This document shows positions 1 to 11,372 of a stretch of 64,000 bases of DNA, in pieces; position 1 is the stretch's first letter; each line of letters begins with the position of its first letter. The DNA comes from Sphaerodactylus townsendi (Eukaryota). The DNA is taken from positions 41,416,001 to 41,480,000 of the forward strand of contig NC_059425.1 in NCBI RefSeq assembly GCF_021028975.2, written 5' to 3'. Both the position numbers and the translations under genes were made by a program. Under the pieces are notes generated by a model. The model did not search any database. It saw only the letters and a list, made by a program, of their open reading frames with translations, and was not told the DNA's origin.

Positions 1-1342
1 CCAGGGGAAACTGGTTGGTCAAGGTGTGAGACAAGTTGCTGAACTGGATGGACCATTTATGTTCTTAAACTATAGATTTTTTTTAAAAAAAAGCTATAGG
101 TAATACCTATAGTGAGCCATCTTTTTTCCCCTAGGTAGAGTTATTGTCATATTTGAGCATGCTGATGGATAGGTTCCAGTGACATGTATATCTACTACAG
201 TGAGCTGTCTGCTAATTTTATAGAGGCAATCAAGAGCAAATTGTGTCCTTTATAGAACTGCTTTATGCATGGGGAGCCTGTTTCCTGAATCACAGCCCCA
301 CTTCACTCACATATGTATAGATTATGTGGGTGACTTATTATACCAGAGAACCTTTGTGCAATCATTAGGCGTAAGGGATCTTTTAAAATGACACATGAAT
401 ACTCATTGTTCATTCAAGTATCGCTAGTAGTGTGGAATAGTTCTGAGCTTTTTTAACATTGGCTAAGCTTAAAGTGTAACAAACTAATATACAATTCACT
501 TTTGGAAGGCTGTGATAACTTATGGAACCAAAATTATTACTTGGTAGTGCAAAACCAATTGCTATTTATATCAGCGGTTGAAAACTGCATGCCCACAGAC
601 AATAACTGGATAATTATATATTTTCTTCACAAAGCAAGGGACTCCCTAATAAGTAATAACCACAAAGCATTTTTGTGCTGGGACCGCAGCATCCTGAATG
701 CCACTTTTACATAAGTCTGTATGATACATTAGCAGTTTTCATCTCTTCTATATTGATGAAGAAATTATTCAAGTCTTTCACACACACTTAAGATTTTTCA
801 TGTAATTTACTCCTCTATATCTGTGAGATGCAGAAAGTCAAGGCCAAGGCTTAACCATATTAAGGCTGGCAGGTAGAGAAGTAATGAGATTCCTTGCAAA
901 TGACACCTGAAGATAGCTTATCTGTGATTACTGAAATAACTGGAGAAATTAAGTAATTGCTGTTGGCATTGATGGATCAGCTTGAGTATTTGAATGAATA
1001 CTGGTGTTAGAACTAATGCATAGATTTCACTAGGGCTGGGCTGCTTATGGTTGGTTAGCTGCTTGGTGGTTATAATGACCTTCCTAAAACAGAATGACTA
1101 AAAGCAATAATTGTAAAACATCCTGGTTTTTTTCTGGATTAGACTACAAGGTTTATCTGCTTCTCTTAGTCCATGCATCTTGGAACTTTACAAGCAGAGC
1201 CTGAAGGAGATAGCCATACCTTTGTTTTTGATTCTGTACTCTGGTAGTCAGAAGAGGGCTGTCTCTGAATATGGAAAAAAGACCTGTGATAGATGTATTG
1301 TCAATGTATTACCATGGCAAAAAAAAAAACCCCAGATCTTGG

Positions 1343-1585
1343 TGTGACATACCTCTGAAGATGCCAGCTGCAGATACAGGTGCAAAAACTAGGATCAAAA
1401 ACTACTTGACCACAGACACAGCACAGAAAACCCACAACAGACTGTTGATTCTGGCCATGAAAGCCTTCAACAGTGCCATAGAAGCACATCTCACTGTGAC
1501 ATACTTCTGAAGATGCGGGCAAAACATCTAATAGTTTAAATGACAAGACCATGGCCACACAGCCTGAAAAACCCACAACAGCCAG
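1343..1585 (+). mobile_element. Penelope-like element (PLE) terminal-repeat remnant, two tandem units with degenerate hammerhead-like cores
   Basis: Two direct units ~152 bp apart, starting TGTGACATAC(C/T)TCTGAAGATGC and containing GAAAACCCACAACAG; homologous to the better-preserved copy at 18966-19219. Confidence 0.7.
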
Positions 1586-1769
1586 CTTGTGATAGACCTA
1601 TATCCCATTAATTTATCTAGTTATATTTAGTAGCCATCTTGTGGGGCTGGGCTGGGCCAAGGAGGAAAGGAGGAGAGGTGCGGCCTTGGGGACGATTTTC
1701 CATCTCCACATGACTGAACGGGGTACACCTGGGGAATTTGTCCACACCCTACCCCGTGGAAGCTATGCC

Positions 1770-2420
1770 TGTGCTTTCATGTCACTGCACACCAACTCAA
1801 TGGGGTTCAATTCCACATGGTCGGGAAAGAGGTGAAGCACTTGATGCCCAGCAGCAACAGCCATCTCATCTGTTCAACAGCAAATGAATCTGCTTTTCTC
1901 TTGGCACCAGAAGCAGCAGCAGCTCAGGCTTAATTTGCTCAGGCTCCCAAGAGATCCCCTTTTCCATTAGCCATGTCCTGATGGTTTCCTTTCTGGATGC
2001 AGTCATTGGGATCTTCTCAGACCTCACAGTGATAACATGCATTATCCACCACAATTACACTTTTGGGAGGCAATTTAGGCAGCACCTCGCCAAACCATTT
2101 TTTTTGAAGTGTTCTCCATTCATTTCCTGATGGTAATTGCCTGTAGTTTTGACTGAAACATAAGCAATGCATCCTTCACAAACCTTTTTTCACTCCCACA
2201 GTGACAGCAAATTAAGTGACTGCCCTTGCCAGATGGCTCTTCCAGTCCTGTAGACAACTCCTTAGCCACCTTGACAGTTTGATCTTGCCAACATTTTGAG
2301 ACTGTGTGCCCTTCGTTCACCCATGTCTCAACCAAATATATATATATATTTCTCCCCTCTGAATGAAACTGATTAATCTTTCTCAGATATCAGTGCTCCA
2401 AGCTGTGATTTCAGGGTTGT
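1770..2420 (-). pseudogene. Degenerate IS630/Tc1/mariner transposase catalytic domain, about DD82E (Sailor-like)
   Basis: Minus-strand translation across frameshifts: YLRKINQFHSEGRNI..YL(V)ETWVNEGHT...LSTGLEEPSGKG...GNYHQEMNGEHF..WFGEVLPKLPPKSVIVVDNACYH...EKIP...DEMAVAAGHQVLHLFPDHVELNPIELV. Second D codon at 2044-2046, E codon at 1796-1798, 245 nt between them (~82 codons). Confidence 0.85.
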
Positions 2421-2535
2421 GAGTCTAGATATAATCCTTGTGGCACTGATTGTAGACAAAACCAGTGTCTTTCAAAATGCATTACAGTGTTGTTTGGGAA
2501 ATGCATGGCAGATCCGGGTTGCTGTTTACCTCATT

Positions 2536-2686
2536 GTCCCCTTCCGCACATGCAGAATAATGTGGTTTCAATCCACTTTCACAATTGTTTGCAAGTGCAT
2601 TTTGCTATTCTGCACAGTAAAATCCAGCTGCAAAATGCATTGCAAGTGGATTGAAAGTATATTTATCTGCATGTGCGAAAGGGGCC
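2536..2686. mobile_element. PIF/Harbinger-type MITE (151 bp)
   Basis: TIRs G(T/G)CCCCTT(C/T)CGCACATGCAG, largely palindromic body, 3-bp TSD ATT; inverted sister copy at 25547-25696. Confidence 0.8.
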
Positions 2687-4339
2687 ATTGAGTATCTTTT
2701 TCCGTGATGATGGCTCTTTTCTGAAGAAATATTTATATACAATATCTCTAATTGCACAGCAAGAAAAGCTGTTACACTTTAGATTGCTTTCCTTGGTCCT
2801 TTATTTGCAAAGATGCTTCTTGCCTGACATCCCAATAACTCTTCATGTTGTGTGCCATAGTTTGTTTGCCCTATAGATGAGTGCTGAAGACATGCCAGTT
2901 AACTCTGAGGTTTATGCAGCACATTCCTTGATGCTGAGGGTCAGCTACTCTTGCCTAATGTGTGAATACACATTCAGGGTTTTATTTGCTGAGTGACTTC
3001 TAATTGTCTGTCCTCTGCAATTCAATTTGGAATAACAGTGAAGAGAGTTCTCTGCAGAGTTTGAAAAGCTCGCTCCTGTTCCGTTGGCCATTTTTCAACA
3101 AAAAGGAATGTCTCCATTTGAAAAAGACAAGTCTTACCCTTAGTCATTTGAGGCAATATAAATGCTTTTTTAATCAAACTATCATGTTTAATAGTGCACA
3201 GAATGATGGTTTTGATGAAGGCTGTGCTTTAAAATGATTCCTTAATGCTCATATAGTGGGAGTGGGGAAAAAGTGCCTTTGTACGAAGGCGTGCGCCCCG
3301 GCCAATGCACTCGCTGACCACGGGACACCCAGCTATGCAAATGGCCTGGGGCTACAACAGGTTTATTTATCTCACTTGCAACCTGCTTTACATTTGCTGT
3401 GGGGAAAGGGCCATACTCACCACTTCAAGTTTGAATGGGATTTTGTCCTGCCCTTCCTCTGCACATTATACTGGGATTCTTCTGCCTGGGACTCTACTCC
3501 CTTCTCTGACCCTTATATATTTCCCACTGGTCCTTTCCAAGGTTCAGCACAGAGTGGAGCACTTTCCATCAAGCAGCAAAGGGGCAGCAGGCTGCTGGGC
3601 TGTGCGGCAGGGAGAGGAAGGAAATGGTTTCATCAGTGGCTAAGCTGCTGCCCAGTTGGTTTATATTGTACATGCAACTAGGATACAAAATGTATCCATC
3701 AAACTCAACTGTGAAAAGCAGTCACACAAATACACAATACTGAAAATAAAAAGGCAGGATAGAATTAAATAATAATAAAATAAATCTTGTAGACTGAGAT
3801 GTGCTCATGAACTATTAATGTTAACATGAGTGAATATTTTTGTTCAGCAGTTTGACATTGAATAATAAATTGGCGTTGAACAACAACTTGACAGCATTCT
3901 TGCTGCCTTGGTACATTATATGCTGTAAAGCCCTTTTTTTACCTTTTAGCCTTCTACTTAAGAACAAGTAATAGTGGAGTGCAAACAATGTCTATCATCC
4001 TCCATCCCCAAGTGTTGCCAATTGTGCATTCCTTGAAAATCTGGAATTTTTAGAGACACCCTGATGCCTGGGAAAACACATATCTTATACTATGAGTAAT
4101 GGTCTGAAACAAGGAGTTGCAGAAACTTTATTTTGTCACACAAGTATGAGAGTCTGCACCTGATGAAATTCTATGTTGAATGCAGTTGTTAAAAATACAG
4201 GATCCATTTCCACCTTTGTATCTGGTTATCCAAGTGGTTAGAGACGCTCTTGGTGTTTTTCTGATATTAGAAATTCCAGGCACGTAGTTGGAGCTAAATA
4301 TCAGGAGACCAATGGAGTGGACCTTGCATTAAAAGATCA

Positions 4340-4553
4340 AGCATAGTATAGTGGTTAAGAATGGCAAAGTATAATCTGGAGATCTAGGTTGGATTCCTCA
4401 CTCCTTGGGCTAGACACAGTTCTCTCAGAACCCTCTCAGTTCCACCTACCTCACAAGATGCCTGTTATGGGTTGAGGAAGTGTTAGTGATTGTAAGCTGC
4501 TTTGAGACCCCTTAAGATAGAGAAAAGTGGGGTATAAAAACCAGGTCTTCCTG
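4340..4553 (+). mobile_element. tRNA-derived squamate SINE (Squam3/MIR-like)
   Basis: A-box-like TAGTGGTTAAGA, B-box-like GGTTGGATTCC, core CCACCTACCTCACA, 3' TGTAAGCTGCTTTGAG...GGGGTATAAAAACC. Confidence 0.7.
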
Positions 4554-5329
4554 GGAGAAGAGACAAGACTTTGGAGCAATTTAAGGGTAGGTTAAAAAAA
4601 GGTCTGGTCTCTTGTTTTGTTTTTAAAGGAGGTGAAAGAATTTTGACAAAGCTGTTCGGAAAATCTGTTTTTTTCTCTATGACTGACTTCTGCCCTCAGG
4701 TTTAGCTTCATAATGTGTAGTTGCAACATCCTCTCAGGTCCTTCAGTTCATTTGCACCTTATCCTCTCCCCCCACTCCATACTGTAGATGTGCAATGCTG
4801 AACTGAAAGTGAGATTTGCAAAGATACAAGGGATAGGGAGTTGCAAGTATTTGTGCTTTGTATGCTGAAAAAATAAACTTATTTTTCTTCATCCCAGAGA
4901 CCTGTTTTTATGCCAGGTAGCACTCTGCTTCCTGCTTCTTCAAAACAGTAAAGAAGCCCCAACAGGCAGTTGCATTAATCTCACTTTCCCACACCGAGCA
5001 GGGATATATTAATATGCTTTGTCTGGTAGCACTTGGAGACATCTGAAGATCAGCCTTCTGATGCAGGTTTGCCTAAAGCGAAATTTGAAGCAAATGTCAG
5101 GGCATCTTCTTCTGAGGTGAAACATCTGAGGAATTTTCAGGGAAGACAAAAGAATTTTGATACGACTACCTAAATTTCTCAGTGGGGCTTCATGCATCTC
5201 TAGATGTATTGGCCCAGAGGCAATTTTGGAAATAGGATTCTGGTGCAAAGCGGGTGGGGGGAGAATAGGGATGCCATGAAGAACTCAACTGCCCACTGGG
5301 GCTTCTGTATTGCTCCAAACAAACAGGAA

Positions 5330-5452
5330 ACAAAGCTTCATCTGGCGCAGAAAATGATGGCACTGCATGGCTGGCCGCTGTATGAACAAACTGCTGAACT
5401 TGATGGGCCTTGGTCTGATCCAACATGGCTTTTCTTATGCTCTTATGTTCTC
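5330..5452 (+). mobile_element. CR1-type LINE 3' end fragment
   Basis: GATGGGCCTTGGTCTGATCCAACATGGC followed by a (TCTTATG)n-like tail; a similar remnant lies at 1-68. Confidence 0.55.
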
Positions 5453-6477
5453 TTCTATTACCCCAACACCAAACCTTACAGAATCCACTGATTTTGTGCT
5501 GTCATAAGAAGCTGAGAGCAACCAGCAGGGTGGGTATGAGCAAGTTGAAGGCCACAGAAAGATAACTGGAAAATAATCTTATAGTCAGGCAAGCTTTTAG
5601 AGTCTGACCGGCTGTGGGCGGGAATAACCAGTGGGCTGCCTAGGTGGGTGAAGTCACTTTAAAATCTTGGAGGACAGAATAGGCCTTGAACCTATTTAGT
5701 GTGCAATCAGGTTTCTCAACAGGTTGTGTCCATGGCTTGCCAAGTCGCATCCCTCTGCTTCCCTTGCCCTGCAACCTTGACCTTACCTGGTGAGACAATA
5801 TGTTTTAAATCAAGTTTGGCATCCCTTTGAGCACGATTACTGTAATAAGGGAAAGGATGCTTGGTATATACTCTGTTGTACAGTATTATTTCTCTATGTC
5901 AGAATTAGGCTGGGGTGGGTGGAAGTCTGCCATTCTCCTAAGAATTACATTCTGCTGCCAGGAATCTGTGGAGCTGAGACAGGCATAAGTTGAACTTTGA
6001 GCGAAAAGGTGCAAGGCAATTAAAAATGTAAATGAATTGCTTCCTCTCCCTTGCCATAAATGAATGTCTCTATATTCCATAATACCTGTTTCCAGAAAGC
6101 TTCATAAACATACTGTCAACACTGAAATGTTAATAATGTCAGAAAAAAGACAGATTACTTAGCGTGAAGGAAGTGGTCTCAAGTATGACCTTTTCAAAAG
6201 CTTATCGTGACACTGAGAGGTACAATACCCTTCATTGGAGCCTTCATGAAAGTTTATGAAAAGACTTTCACAGATATGCAGCTGCAATTTAAATACATTA
6301 GTTCACTGTGCAGGTTGTGGGCTGCTTTCCAGCTTCCAGCTTTTAAAGAACAAGACTCTTGCATAGCTTAATTCTGCTTAGAAAATGCATCCGATTTGGA
6401 ATAAGTCTGGAGAGTACATGGATAAGAATCTTTGACGTTCAAGGCTTGAATGGAATGGACTATGTGCAGAGTAGAGA

Positions 6478-6958
6478 TGTGACAGGCAGACCAGCTTGGC
6501 CTGGATGGGGCAAGGACCACAGGGATAGTGTCTGCAATGTCCAGCCATGGTGATCAGATTTTGGGGCACCTACCAAGGAGCTCCTTATGGGGAGAGTGTG
6601 ACCTGATATGCACTGTGTGCATTGCAGATGGATCATGGGCTCTGCTGCCCTGGATTGAGAGGGAGTGCCTCTGGGCATTTGTAGGTTTGACTAGGCTGGC
6701 GGGCAAAAGGGAACCTCCAGTGGAGGCCTAACTGTTGTGTAGGGCCTTAAAAGCACTAATATGGCATAGCTGGCCAGTTGAAGAAGAGGAGGTCAACACT
6801 TTGTAGTCAGACTAGATTAGTCTAACTATAACCCATCAGAACCAATGAAGATAGCTTGGTGGACCCTACTGAAGTGTGGAGTTATGACTCCACCCCATGG
6901 AAGGTCAACCTCTTCCAAACCTTGCAAGTGACCTGGGAGATGTCCATCCCAGGTGATG
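6478..6958 (+). mobile_element. Probable old solo LTR
   Basis: Starts TGTGACA; flanked by direct AGAGA (6473-6477, 6959-6963); TATA-like CCTTAAAAG near 6746; 3' terminal CA is not intact. Confidence 0.4.
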
Positions 6959-7337
6959 AGAGAAAGGATAAAATGTAAAACGTACTGGTAAAGAGTCAGA
7001 TTAGAACTACCTTGTCTTGGATACATACCTGCACTCAGCCATGATTCTTAGTTGAATGGTCCACCTGCGAAGGAGAAGCCATGTATGCAGGATAGGTTCA
7101 TCAATGGCAACTAGTCATCAAGAATAAAAGGAACCTCAACATTCAGAGGTCTCAAACTTCTGAATATCAATATTAGGTGTCAATATGATGAGACAGTCCT
7201 ATTCATTTATTTAAGATATTTCTGTGCCATCTTTTCAGAATCCTATTAAATTAAAACTATGTAATTTTTTTTAAAAAATTAAACATAGAAAGCATTAAAA
7301 ACTATTCATAACACAGAGACAGGCAATTTAACTCTCT

Positions 7338-7882
7338 GGCCTCTTCCGCACGGCCTAAATACAACGCCTTAGGGACGGCAAAAATGCCATCCCGAAGGGG
7401 CCGTTCGCACAGGCGGCGCTGCTGAAACGCAGCAGCGCCGACCTGGCTTCCCTCCACCTCCTCCAGGGCAGCATCAAGCTGCCCCAAAAAACCTCCCTCC
7501 TAAAGGGAGGTTTTTGAAAAACAGCGTGTTCCCGCAGGTGCGGTGCGAACGGCACCGCCGGGAACACAGTGTTTTCCCCGTCGTCCCCACCTCACCTCAT
7601 CGTCCTGCGTCGCTCTGCCAGACTGCTGAGACCCTCTCTTGCTGTCCTCCAACCCCTGGAGGTTGGAGGGCAGCGTGGGCGGGTCTTAGTAGTCCAGCAG
7701 GGTGACGCAGGACAACGAGGTGAGTGTGGGAGGGACAGGGAAGAGGCAGCTCCGCACGGAGCCGCCTCTCCCGCGCCAGCCTCTGCGGGGGCCGCTCACA
7801 TGCTCCCGTGCGAACAGCCCCCCCTCCACCGGCAGGATTCCTGCTGGTGCAGGGGCGCCCTTTCCACAGTGCGGAAAGGGCC
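7338..7882 (+). mobile_element. GC/CpG-rich PIF/Harbinger-type non-autonomous element (545 bp)
   Basis: TIRs GGCCTCTTCCGCAC / GTGCGGAAAGGGCC, 3-bp TSD TCT; colinear second copy at 31929-32467. Confidence 0.88.
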
Positions 7883-9827
7883 TCTGTTAAAAGCCTGTAT
7901 AAAAAGATGTGAGTAAAATTATTATTTTAGGCCCGTTCCCTAACGGAAAGTACAATTGTTTTATCCTTGCAACACAGTCATATAGGATAGGTTGAGATTG
8001 CATGCCTGGACCACAGACACCCCACAAAGCTTCTATAGCAGACTGGGGATTTGAGCCCCAACCCCAAATATAGCATCCATGTAGACTAGCATCCTGTTTC
8101 CAATGGTGGCCAGCCAAATACTTTCTGGAATTCCTCAACCCTGAGTAAAAGGCAGCTCCCACTCCTGTTTTAAGATCCTGTTTGAAGACAGAATCTAGTA
8201 TTCACCAATACACTGCCTCTGTACATGGAGCTTCCATTTATCCATCATGGCTAATAGCCATTGATTATTCTATTCTCCATCAACCTGCCCAATCCTCTTC
8301 TAAAGTCCATCTGAGACAAAGGTCATTTGCTGCATGGTGTGGCAGGAGAGGATAGGATTTCTTAACAGCATATGAATTCTGGTACCTAACTAGTAAGCCC
8401 TGTGGTCTCTCTCAGGTCTCCCTCCTCAGCCACCTATTAGTTTCTACACAAGATCTACTTACACCTCCGTTCCTTAAGAAAAAAATAACTTGTTTTTATT
8501 TTACTGTAGTGGGATTATGATTGGGGGTGGGGGGCAGACAGAGAGAGTTTATTTTTAAAAATGTCTCTCAACTGGAGAAGCAAAATTGGAGGAGTATGAA
8601 GAAATGGGAGAAAGAATTTATTCATTGCAGGAAAATGAATGGCTAGTTTAGTGAGCTCCCTCTGGCTACAGATTTTTATTTCTCCACTCCACTGAGTTTG
8701 TCTCTGGGAAGTATGTTGCTTTCATTATAGTTAGTGTGGAGCTACTTCCTCTCTTTTTTTGATTTGTTTCAGTAACAGTAATCAAGTAAATATGGTCTAA
8801 ATTTCTAATAAAATCATTTTACTACAATGTGCATTTCTTGAAAGCAAGAATCAGTTTATTCATTATGGTGAGCAGCACTTTTTTCTCTTTAATTCAGTAA
8901 CTTCTTAAAATTATATTTTATTGATTTTTCCTGTAAACCAAGGCCATATTAAAAAGAAAGGAAAGGGAAGAATGAAAACACCAGTTTACCAAGAGAGCTT
9001 ACAAAATTATAAAATAAAGTGTGTATGATAGGAATGAGCTTAAGAGCATGGGGTTACAATATGTAGTCATTAAAAAAACAAAAACAAAAGGATATTGCTG
9101 AATTTATTGATCTTTATATTTCTATTCACAATTGCAAGGCAATTGTTTATAGTTTTCTCCATGCTCAGAACAAAATTGTTGTCGTATTTTTTACAGTATT
9201 ATCAGAATTTGATAGTAGTATTAAAATTAAAGCCAGTCCCCTCATCAGTTACATAGAATTGACTGTAAAACTAGTTTTGAGTGTACATATGGCAAAAAAT
9301 GGCATGTAGCATCATAAAAATGGTGCATAAATAATATAAAAATGTTCTGTGTCAAATAAATTGTACTGTACATGAAAAACATTTGGCACATTTTGATTGA
9401 TTATCCAGTTAACTTTTCAATCAGAAAAGGTTCTGTAGTTTCAGATGCCATATTGTTAAATGCGAGTACAATTTTGATGCAAGCAAGAAGAATACTGTTT
9501 ATTTAGAATATTTATATGCCTGCCCTTTTCCTGAGCATCCAATGACCCAAGGCACTAATTATGAGTTCTTTTATAAGTTTTCAGGTCTTCTAGAATAGTT
9601 CTCAGCAGGAAAAATTTAGGGTCAAGAAATCTTGCCAGTGTTTTGATCTAGCTTCCCCCTAAATTAGTGGATTATATCATGTGTACCTTACATATGGTAC
9701 AAAGGGCCCCACAACCCACTGACATAGTTGGAAAGATATATGTACTGGGCCTTGGGAGAAGGGAGGCATCAGCAATATTTTTATCTGAATAGTACTTATT
9801 TAGTATAAGATGAGCTTCTTTTTGATG

Positions 9828-10696
9828 GGCCCTTCCTGAACTGTAAAAATAAAATGTCTTCAGGATGGGGGGACAGGTGTTTTTGAAAGGAACTCTGCAC
9901 AGGTTTCTCCCCAAAATGTCCTCAGGACGATTTATTTCAGCTCAACACGGGATTTTTAGAAAACACTAAATTAGCAATCTTTTTTCACCAAGACTGATTG
10001 AAGATGTATTCTTCTTGCCCTATGCAAACAAACAGGCAGGAAACGTTTTATTTCTCTCACCCAGCAAAGTTCTCACTTTTATTTTCACTGCCCCCCACTT
10101 TTTTCTGCCACTCAAATTCTCCATTCATTGTATCCGCCATTTGCTGAACTTGCCATGGGATGTTTGCTTTGCATGAATTGCGTCTGGACTTCTTTTCAGT
10201 AAATTACCTATATGAATCAACTCAGCTGCTCAAGCTGATTCCTGTAATAAATAGTTTTCCTGGTTTCTTTTTGGAGCTATCTTAGAAGACACGAACACAT
10301 GATATGAGAATCAGCTGTGATTCTCATATCATGTGTTTGTGTCTTCGAAGATAGCTCATGGATTAAAAAAAACAGGAAAACTATTTATTGCAGGAATCAG
10401 CTTGAGCAGCTGAGTTGATTCATATAGGTAATTTACTCAAAAGAAGCCCAGACGCAATGCATGTAGAACAAATGTCCCAGCACAAGTTCAGCAAATGGCG
10501 GGTACAACGAATGGAAGATTCAAGTGGCAGAAAATGGCAAGCACCTGTGAAAATGAAAGTAAGAACTTTACTGGGTAGGAGAAAAATTACTCTCTTCTCA
10601 AACACTTTGTTTTTTGTCCTTTCTGGACAAAAAAAATGAGACAGGTTTTTTGAAGACATCTCCAGGACATCTTATTTTGGTTGTGCGGAAAGGGCC
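9828..10696. mobile_element. Harbinger-type non-autonomous element with large internal foldback
   Basis: ~40-bp imperfect TIRs (GGCCCTTCCTGAACTGTAAAAATAAAATGTCTTCAGGATG / CATCTCCAGGACATCTTATTTTGGTTGTGCGGAAAGGGCC); internal inverted repeat ~10050-10587; no clean TSD. Confidence 0.7.
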
Positions 10697-10864
10697 GTTG
10701 TTTGTGCTGAGAAATAGATCAGCAATCCGGCTTCATAATTCATTCAGGATCAAGTTTCTACGTTTTCTGAAAATCATCTGTGTTTCCACATAAGTTGCTT
10801 GAAATGTTATGACTATTTTTGAATTTTGTCAAACTAGGGCATGTTGTTGTTGTTGTTATTAACT

Positions 10865-11372
10865 TCATATGTAACCTGTCTTTTTCCCAGTGGGGACACA
10901 AAGTGGCTTACATCATTCTCTTCTTCTCCATTTTATCCTTACCACAACCCTGTGACGTTAATTAGGCAGAGTGACTGGTTCAAGATCAGTCAGCCGGCTT
11001 CCATGGCACAGTAGCGATTCAAACCTGGGTCTCCCAGATCCTAGTCTGACGCTCTAACCTAGTGATAGCAAACCTTTTGCAATTTGCTTGTCAAAAATTC
11101 AGAAACAAGCCTAACTTGACTCTGCTAGGGTCTCCCATACAAAAAAGGGGAAACAACTCTTTACATAGTCATTAATTTTATATATATATAGAGTCCAATC
11201 ATGTGTGGTGCTATGTATTATATAAAGAAACATCAAATAATTACACAAATGATTAAAAAACACACAGAAGCAATAGTTGTTGAGTGTTGGTGAAGGCTGG
11301 CATGTCACCCAAAGTGTCATGACATGCCATCTTTGACACATCTCACTGCTCTAACTACTACATCACACAGGT
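10865..11372 (-). mobile_element. tRNA-derived SINE interrupted by a hAT MITE
   Basis: SINE body (CAACCCTGTGA...ATTCAAACCTGGGTCTCCCAGATCCTAGTCTGACGCTCTAAC) resumes after 11348 with CTCTAACTACTACATCACAC. Confidence 0.65.
11060..11348. mobile_element. hAT (Charlie-like) non-autonomous element
   Basis: Ends (T)AGTGATAGCAAACC ... TCACTG; 8-bp TSD CTCTAACC/CTCTAACT (7/8 match). Confidence 0.7.

Noticed and set aside
5500-5797. TGTCA...GACA-bounded LTR-like segment
   Set aside because: No matching TSD; boundaries unsupported.
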